The position numbers were made by a program, and so were the translations under genes. From assembly GCA_045534555.1 (NCBI GenBank), contig JAZSJW010000002.1:15828-79827 (forward strand): a stretch of 64,000 bases of DNA, written 5' to 3'. This stretch comes from Clostridia bacterium (lineage in GTDB: Bacteria > Bacillota > Clostridia > Christensenellales > UBA1242). The notes below the pieces were generated by a model. The model did no database searches. It was not told the DNA's origin and worked only from the letters and a program-made list of their open reading frames with translations. Each line of letters starts with the position of its first letter. Positions within the stretch are counted from its first letter, which is position 1. Positions 58,167 to 64,000 of the stretch are shown here, piece after piece.

Positions 58167-58886
58167 ATGAAACTAGATAAAGAACAAGTTGCTATGTTAC
58201 TAGAATTATCACAAGAATATCTTAGCGAAAACATAGAAAGATATACCGAACAAGAAAAAAGAAAATTTATGAACGAACTTTTACAAAGCATTAAAGGCGA
58301 TCAAAATTTCATATATGACGGAGTATATGATTTTCTTGTATATTATAATTTGGTAAAGGGAGTTTCAAGACACAAAAGTTTTGCAAATTATATAACCCGC
58401 AAGTATTCTCCTCTTCACCATAAAAAAGTTCTTGATGTTGGAGCAGGCAGACTTTGCAATCTTTCAACCATGCTTGCAAAAAGAGGGTTTGACATGTTTG
58501 CTATGGACCCAAATATCAGATTGCTCCCAAACGAAGCAAAAACTTTAAATATCCATATCGACAAAAATTTGTTTTTATGTGACGAATTTGCAAAAAATAA
58601 AAAGGGAACCAATATAAAAGATTTTAATTTACTTATTGGTCTTGAACCTTGCATCGGAACAGAACATATAATAAGACAAGCTTTAAAATATGATAAACCA
58701 TTTGATGTTGTTTTATGTTATGAAGCCCATAAAGCCTTAAATGGTAAAAGTTTTAAAACTGTTGATGAATGGTTTGATTTTATTTTAAAAATATCAAAAG
58801 AAATATCAATAATTAAACATGACGGAAATTATATTGCAACAAATTTTGCACCTCAACAAATTAAAGAACTTGAGCCTGAAGCATAA
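58167..58886 (+). CDS. Hypothetical protein with a Rossmann/SAM-methyltransferase-like motif
   Basis: VLDVGAGRL followed by FAMDPN resembles class I methyltransferase motifs I and II. The evidence is weak. Confidence 0.4.
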   Translation: MKLDKEQVAMLLELSQEYLSENIERYTEQEKRKFMNELLQSIKGDQNFIYDGVYDFLVYYNLVKGVSRHKSFANYITRKYSPLHHKKVLDVGAGRLCNLSTMLAKRGFDMFAMDPNIRLLPNEAKTLNIHIDKNLFLCDEFAKNKKGTNIKDFNLLIGLEPCIGTEHIIRQALKYDKPFDVVLCYEAHKALNGKSFKTVDEWFDFILKISKEISIIKHDGNYIATNFAPQQIKELEPEA

Positions 58887-58913
58887 AAAAACACTTCTTT
58901 ACGAAGTGCTTTT

Positions 58914-59456
58914 TTATTTATCATTTATCATAGCTTTTTTCATTAAAACTTGAATACCCTCATAAGTAACATCTTTTTCTGTCAAACCATATTTCTTTAC
59001 ATAATCATAAATTTCATTGATATTTTCACTATCTTTTAGCTCAATTTCCATTAACTCACCTAAGTTTTTAACAGTATCAAAATCAAATTCAAAATTGTCT
59101 AACTTATAAGAAATTCTCGTTTTGTCTATCACCATTTGCACTGAAAACCCTAAAGCAAATAACACTTTCTCCAATTGGTTTTTATCTTCTACCTCAGTTT
59201 CATATTCATCACAGTATATTGGATTTGCTTCATAATGGATTTTTTTGTAACATAAAATATTACCTTTTTCTGTTTCTCTAATCCTCAAACATTCTTGAGT
59301 TACTCCATCAATTTCAAAATCTTTAAATGCGGGAATATAATATGTATCAATTTGTCTAATCGTTTTCTTTTTTTTCGCAATCTTTTCTAAATCGCTTATT
59401 ATTTTTTCTTTAATGTCTTTGTTTATCACAAATTTACACTCTATTTCTTTTCCCAT
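58914..59456 (-). CDS. CYTH domain protein (CyaB/thiamine-triphosphatase-like triphosphate tunnel enzyme)
   Basis: The N-terminal EIECKF (ExExK), then LRIRE and the later MEIEL strands are present. Confidence 0.75.
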   Translation of the reverse strand: MGKEIECKFVINKDIKEKIISDLEKIAKKKKTIRQIDTYYIPAFKDFEIDGVTQECLRIRETEKGNILCYKKIHYEANPIYCDEYETEVEDKNQLEKVLFALGFSVQMVIDKTRISYKLDNFEFDFDTVKNLGELMEIELKDSENINEIYDYVKKYGLTEKDVTYEGIQVLMKKAMINDK

Positions 59457-59618
59457 AACTTTTACTCCCTTTATAAATTAAGGATACCAAAAAAACGAAC
59501 TAAAAACAAATATTTAATAGTTTATAACAAAAATTTTTTTATCTTTCTTTTTATTTGCTTTTATTTTTTCACTTTGATATACTGCTAAAGTTTTCGAGTA
59601 AAATAAAGGAGAATATTT

Positions 59619-60638
59619 ATGAGTATATTTTTAAATGTTTTATTTCTTATTTTTGGTATGGTATTTTTAATCAAAGGTGCAGACTTTTTTGTATCTGGCG
59701 CAAGTGCAGTTGCTAAAAAACTAAAAGTGCCATCAATATTTATTGGTCTTACAATTGTTGCCGTTGGAACAAGTTTGCCTGAGCTATCAGTTAGTATTGC
59801 AAGTGCTATTTCTGGAAGCATTGATATGAGTGTTGGTAATATTGTCGGTTCAAATCTTTTTAACATGTTATTTGTTACAGGTTTAGTTGCAGTATTTTCA
59901 CCTATTCCAATGTCACAAACAACAAAAAAAATTGATTTTCCATTCTTAAACGCAATAACTGCTGTTTTACTACTTTTCAGTTTAGATAGAGCATTAAATG
60001 GCGCTAACAAAAACTTGTTATCAAGAACGGATAGTATTCTCCTTGTTGTTCTAGTCATATTGTACATTTGTATTCTTATATTTAATGCAAATCGTGATAG
60101 AAAAAGAAAAATCAGACAAGACCTTTATCTTAATAAGACAAAAGACCCAAACTATATTGAACCACCTAAAGAAAAAGAATTAAAAGTTTGGCAAATTATT
60201 GTTTATTTTATCTTTGGATTAGCCGCCGTTGTTTTTGGCGGAGAATGTGTTTCTTCAACTGCTAAATTCTTAGCTATAAAAATGGGTATGAGTGAAGCTT
60301 TAGTCGGATTAACAATTGTCGCTTTCGGCACTAGCCTACCTGAACTTGTAACAAGTGTTGTCGCATCTAGAAAAGGTGACAATGAATTAGCTCTTGGAAA
60401 TGTTGTTGGGTCAAACATTATGAATATTGGAGTAATTTTAGGATTGGTTGGTACTATTGGTCAAGCACCGGTATCAACTGTTATTTTAACAGATATAATC
60501 ATACTCTTAGTTTCAACAATTATTTTTACTTTCTTCTGTTGCAGGAAAAATGATATCAACAAAAAAGAAGGCACACTTTTTATGTGTATGTACCTTCTAT
60601 ATATTGCTTTTGCAATTGTCAGAAATTATTGTTTCTAA
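59619..60638 (+). CDS. Calcium/sodium antiporter (CaCA/YrbG family)
   Basis: Two alpha-repeat signatures, GTSLPELSVS and GTSLPELVTS, lie within a polytopic protein. Confidence 0.88.
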   Translation: MSIFLNVLFLIFGMVFLIKGADFFVSGASAVAKKLKVPSIFIGLTIVAVGTSLPELSVSIASAISGSIDMSVGNIVGSNLFNMLFVTGLVAVFSPIPMSQTTKKIDFPFLNAITAVLLLFSLDRALNGANKNLLSRTDSILLVVLVILYICILIFNANRDRKRKIRQDLYLNKTKDPNYIEPPKEKELKVWQIIVYFIFGLAAVVFGGECVSSTAKFLAIKMGMSEALVGLTIVAFGTSLPELVTSVVASRKGDNELALGNVVGSNIMNIGVILGLVGTIGQAPVSTVILTDIIILLVSTIIFTFFCCRKNDINKKEGTLFMCMYLLYIAFAIVRNYCF

Positions 60639-60675
60639 GAAAAAAACCATGCTTTAAATAAGCATGGTTTTTTCT

Positions 60676-60882
60676 TTAAAAATAAAATAAGTTTTCAAAT
60701 TTTTCATCTAAAGCAACACATATTAATAGTGCCAATTTTGCTGATGGATTAAATAAATTTTTCTCAATTGAAATAATTGTTTGTCTTGTTGTTCCAACCA
60801 TTTTTGCAAGTTCTTCTTGGCTTACACCTCGTTTTTGTCTAACTTCTTTTAAATTGTTTTTTAATATTAAGTCTTTATCCAT
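60676..60882 (-). CDS. XRE-family helix-turn-helix transcriptional regulator (68 aa)
   Basis: LKEVRQKRGVSQEELAKMVGTTRQTIISIE is a typical HTH_3 sequence. Confidence 0.85.
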   Translation of the reverse strand: MDKDLILKNNLKEVRQKRGVSQEELAKMVGTTRQTIISIEKNLFNPSAKLALLICVALDEKFENLFYF

Positions 60883-61214
60883 TATAAAACTCCAACATTA
60901 AATAAAATATAAAGAACAAGCATTGTTATTGCTCCCAAAGCCTCTAAAACAGCACCTATTAAAACCCCATAAGGCCTTTTAGCAATAAAGAACTGACAAA
61001 AATAGAAAACGCTTGCCCATGAAAAACAAATCATCGCAATTGCATAAATTGCTGTATAATGCCCTAAATATCCCTCTATAATCATTAAGACTACAGCTAT
61101 AAAACAAGCAACAATATTTCCTATCCAACAAGATTTATTTATTTTTGCCTTTTCCATTTCTCCCACAACTATTTTTTTCTTTTGTGCTTTTTCTAAAATT
61201 TCTTGTTTTTCCAT
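60882..61214 (-). CDS. Small membrane protein co-transcribed with the HTH regulator
   Basis: Three TM helices are present, and the stop overlaps the regulator's start. Confidence 0.55.
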   Translation of the reverse strand: MEKQEILEKAQKKKIVVGEMEKAKINKSCWIGNIVACFIAVVLMIIEGYLGHYTAIYAIAMICFSWASVFYFCQFFIAKRPYGVLIGAVLEALGAITMLVLYILFNVGVL

Positions 61215-61377
61215 AAACATCTCCTTTATGTAAAGTTTTATTTACATTTATATTATATGCAACAAACACATGAATGTCAAGTTTTATTTACATTTTTTAT
61301 TTAATTTTTTATATTTTCAAATTTGTGTGACTTTTTAACAAAAATAAAATATAATTACATTAGTTTAAGGAGTATTT

Positions 61378-62256
61378 ATGGCAAAAGTATTAGTATCTAA
61401 GGTTTGTGGATTATGTGCAGGCTCTCGTCTAGCAATTGACAAAACACGAGAAGCTGTGAAAAATCAAAAAAATGTTGTTCTATTTAAAGAAATTTTACAT
61501 AATAAAAACGTTTTAAAAGAACTTGAAAATCAAGGAGCATCGACAAAAAATCTTTTAGAAGAAATGACCGAAAAAGATTATGTTATTATTAGAGCTCATG
61601 GAGAACCAAAATCAACTTATGACAACTTAAATAGTCGAAACATTAAATATCTTGACTGTACTTGTGGCAACGTTAAGGCAATAAACTTTCTTGTAAACAA
61701 AAAAGAAGCTGAAGGTTATAAAATAATTCTCATCGGAAAATACGGATTTAATGGAAAAGAAATGCACCCAGAAGTAAAAGGAACTTCTGGTTGGTGCACA
61801 AATCCAATTATGATTGAGGACGAAAGCGAAGTCGATAATATCGACATGTCCTACCCTAAATATTTTTTAGTAATTCAAACAACATTCTCTAAAACAAAAG
61901 CTGAAAAAATACTAGAAAAAATTAAGAACGTTATGAACGAAAACAAAAAAATATTTGAGTATAAAAATACTATTTGTGATGCACAAAAAAATATTAATAT
62001 AGCATCAAAACAACTAGCTGAAAAAGTTGATGTTATGATAATTATTGGTGGAAAAAACTCAAGCAATACAAAAGAGCTTTATAATGCTATGAAAGATATA
62101 AAACCGTCTTATCATATTGAAAACCAAACTGATTTACTTGAGCTTATAAACTTAGGATTAATAAGCCACAACCAAACAATTGGTTTAACTGCCGGCGCAT
62201 CAACAATGCTTGAAGATATTGAAAATATAAAAAAGTTTTTAGAAACAAAGGTGTAA
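61378..62256 (+). CDS. ispH: 4-hydroxy-3-methylbut-2-enyl diphosphate reductase
   Basis: IspH blocks are colinear: RAHGEP, CTCGNV, HPEVKG, QTTFS, TICDAQ and IIGGKNSSNTKEL. Confidence 0.8.
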   Translation: MAKVLVSKVCGLCAGSRLAIDKTREAVKNQKNVVLFKEILHNKNVLKELENQGASTKNLLEEMTEKDYVIIRAHGEPKSTYDNLNSRNIKYLDCTCGNVKAINFLVNKKEAEGYKIILIGKYGFNGKEMHPEVKGTSGWCTNPIMIEDESEVDNIDMSYPKYFLVIQTTFSKTKAEKILEKIKNVMNENKKIFEYKNTICDAQKNINIASKQLAEKVDVMIIIGGKNSSNTKELYNAMKDIKPSYHIENQTDLLELINLGLISHNQTIGLTAGASTMLEDIENIKKFLETKV

Positions 62257-62258
62257 CT

Positions 62259-62870
62259 ATGATAACATTTGAAAATTTAAAAGAAGATGAAATTGATATA
62301 TTTATCGATTTTCATAAAAAACTTAATAATTTAATTGGATTTAGTGATGAAGTTTTAAACACACAAGACATGAGAGAATATTTAAAAGAAAATTTAAAAT
62401 CTGAAGAACAATGTTATATTATTGCAAAAGAAAATAATGAGCCCGTAGGGTTAATTTCTATTGATTTTAGCAACGAACTCGAATTTAATGGAACAATTTA
62501 CAATGCAGCAATACCTCTTATTTTTGTAGAAGAAAAAAATAGAAATGGAGTCTTATCTTACGACTTATTAAAACTCGCTCTAAATGAGTGCAAAAAAAGA
62601 GGATCTAATTCTGTTGCCATTTCTGTTGAAGATAATAACCCGCACAAATTTTTACACTTTGCAATATCTGACACTTTAATTGATATAAATCAAGAATACT
62701 TAACAGATCAAAAAACAGTAACTCAATACATTCTGGGAATTTCAAACATCAATAACCTCTTAAATTTACCTTTTTCAAAACTTGCTAAAAATGTAAGTTC
62801 AACAAGAAAAGATTTTCATAAACGCCTCCAAGAAATTAAAGAAAATTCCATTCGAGAAAAAGAGGCATAA
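62259..62870 (+). CDS. GNAT-like acetyltransferase (weak)
   Basis: IFVEEKNRNGVLSYDLLKLALNECKKRG resembles GNAT motif A. Confidence 0.4.
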   Translation: MITFENLKEDEIDIFIDFHKKLNNLIGFSDEVLNTQDMREYLKENLKSEEQCYIIAKENNEPVGLISIDFSNELEFNGTIYNAAIPLIFVEEKNRNGVLSYDLLKLALNECKKRGSNSVAISVEDNNPHKFLHFAISDTLIDINQEYLTDQKTVTQYILGISNINNLLNLPFSKLAKNVSSTRKDFHKRLQEIKENSIREKEA

Positions 62871-62882
62871 AAAAACGCAGCG

Positions 62883-63197
62883 CTAATCTGCGTTTTTATT
62901 TTGATCTGTTACTTTTTCTTTCATTTGTTTTTTATTTGGTTTTTCTCTATAAATAATAGCAAAAGTTAAAATGATTACACAAAAGCTTAGTTCTAAACAA
63001 GTCTCAAAAACAAGCATAAAACTATCTGTACACAGAAAAGCATATAACGTATAACTTAAAGAGCTTACCACCCACAAAATCCAAGATGTTATACTTAAAT
63101 CTTCAAGTTCCTTAGATCTTATGCATTTAACAATTTGTGGAAAATATGAAAAAAACGTACAAACAGACACTATTCCTAAAAGTATATTTTCTAACAT
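62883..63197 (-). CDS. PQ-loop / SemiSWEET-type 3-TM transporter
   Basis: The protein is 104 aa with three TM helices, and a PQ motif (FSYFPQIVK) sits in TM1. Confidence 0.6.
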   Translation of the reverse strand: MLENILLGIVSVCTFFSYFPQIVKCIRSKELEDLSITSWILWVVSSLSYTLYAFLCTDSFMLVFETCLELSFCVIILTFAIIYREKPNKKQMKEKVTDQNKNAD

Positions 63198-63217
63198 TTC
63201 GTCACCCCAATGATTTC

Positions 63218-63526
63218 TTATTCTGTGCTAATCAAAAATATTTTTTTATCAAAAGATCCGCGTTTATTTACTTTGCTTGTTCTAATTTTCTCAAACTCTT
63301 CAATAGAACAATTTTTAACTTTTAAAATGGCCCTTAACACCTCTTCTAAATCAGCAAGTTCTTCAATCTCTCCGCTTTCTAGATATTCTTTTACTTCCTC
63401 TTGTATTTTCTTGTTTAATTCTTCTAAATATTCATTATTATTTAAAATTTTAGTTTTACAAGTTTCATTATTCTTTTCAATAATCTCTGGAATGTTATCT
63501 CTAACTAATTTATTGTAAATTTTCAT
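63218..63526 (-). CDS. MazG-like nucleoside triphosphate pyrophosphohydrolase (all-alpha NTP-PPase)
   Basis: YNKLVRDNIPEII...EEVKEYLESGEIEELADLEEV is an EExxE/D-type metal motif. The ATG at 63526 is preferred. Confidence 0.55.
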   Translation of the reverse strand: MKIYNKLVRDNIPEIIEKNNETCKTKILNNNEYLEELNKKIQEEVKEYLESGEIEELADLEEVLRAILKVKNCSIEEFEKIRTSKVNKRGSFDKKIFLISTE

Positions 63527-63539
63527 AATTTTTCTCCAT

Positions 63540-64000
63540 TTATATTTGAAGTTCACATTCGATACTTTTATCTATTAAACATTTAAACTCTTTTCCCATT
63601 TCCCTATTCCCAACAACTTCACCATAGTGTGTAGGAATAACTTTCTTTGGCTTTATTAAATTCGTAAGCTCTGCCGCTTCATATAAATCCATTGTGTAAT
63701 GTCCACCAATAGGAACAAGTAAAACATCTGTTTTTATTGTCTTTAATTCTTCTGTTAAATCACTATCACCAATAATTGTAATACGTTTGTTTTCAACATT
63801 TAATGTATACCCTACCCAATTGTTTTCTTTTGGGTGATATTTCTTTGAAATGTTATAAGAATTAAATGTTTCAAATTTAATATCCTTTAAAATATAACTT
63901 TTATTTGGTTCAACCCCAAAAAGATTGTTTGCAAAATTAAATTTTACATCTTGTTCCATTGATTTTGGGCAAATAATTATTGTATCTTTTGTTAAAATCT
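63540..64000 (-). CDS. MBL-fold metallo-hydrolase (5' end beyond the right window edge)
   Basis: The C-terminal MBL-like pattern (ITIIGDSD...LLVPIGGHYTM...VIPTHYG) is present. The reading frame stays open upstream of the track's Met through position 64000. Confidence 0.55.
   Translation of the reverse strand, partial: ILTKDTIIICPKSMEQDVKFNFANNLFGVEPNKSYILKDIKFETFNSYNISKKYHPKENNWVGYTLNVENKRITIIGDSDLTEELKTIKTDVLLVPIGGHYTMDLYEAAELTNLIKPKKVIPTHYGEVVGNREMGKEFKCLIDKSIECELQI

Noticed and set aside
59585-60067. 160-aa minus-strand ORF opposite the Ca/Na antiporter gene
   Set aside because: The plus-strand product carries two canonical GTSLPEL alpha-repeats. The minus-strand ORF is its shadow.

Overview
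This is a low-GC chromosome segment of Bacillota or Mollicutes-relative type. It uses the standard genetic code: a frameshifted prfB is present and Trp is encoded by TGG. Positions 1-10.9 kb, all on the minus strand, carry rpmG-secE-nusG-rplK-rplA followed directly by the S10 ribosomal-protein operon (rpsJ to rplX), then tsaD and prfB. Positions 11-21.7 kb hold a 1665-aa two-TM acidic repeat protein of unknown function, a small radical SAM enzyme, phosphoketolase, a GNAT and kdgK. Positions 21.9-37.5 kb are an accessory, defence-type region. It starts with a CcrM/HinfI-like type II R-M cassette that has two PD-(D/E)xK proteins. Next comes a ~12.7-kb island that appears to have split a tRNA-Arg(CCU) gene in its anticodon loop, since the two complementary halves lie at 24624-24668 and 37413-37452. 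The island carries its own intact tRNA-Arg(CCU), a four-gene operon of small unknown proteins, and a type I R-M operon interrupted by three extra translationally coupled genes (a 5-TM protein, a PIN-like DUF4935-type protein and a Zn-ribbon/DUF4145-like protein). It also carries an N-terminally truncated tyrosine integrase, a DUF3800-like gene overlapping an unknown partner, and a candidate small RNA. Positions 37.5-64 kb are mostly core genes: an HTH/P-loop/CYTH fusion, gltX, an HD hydrolase, rpoB-rpoC (without rplJL or rpsLG-fusA-tuf), an LtaS-like gene, relA/spoT, an NfeD-SPFH pair, a CYTH protein, a Ca/Na antiporter, ispH, a SemiSWEET and others. No rRNA genes, CRISPR arrays or transposases were recognised. 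All calls come from reading the supplied translations and the DNA by eye. No searches were run.
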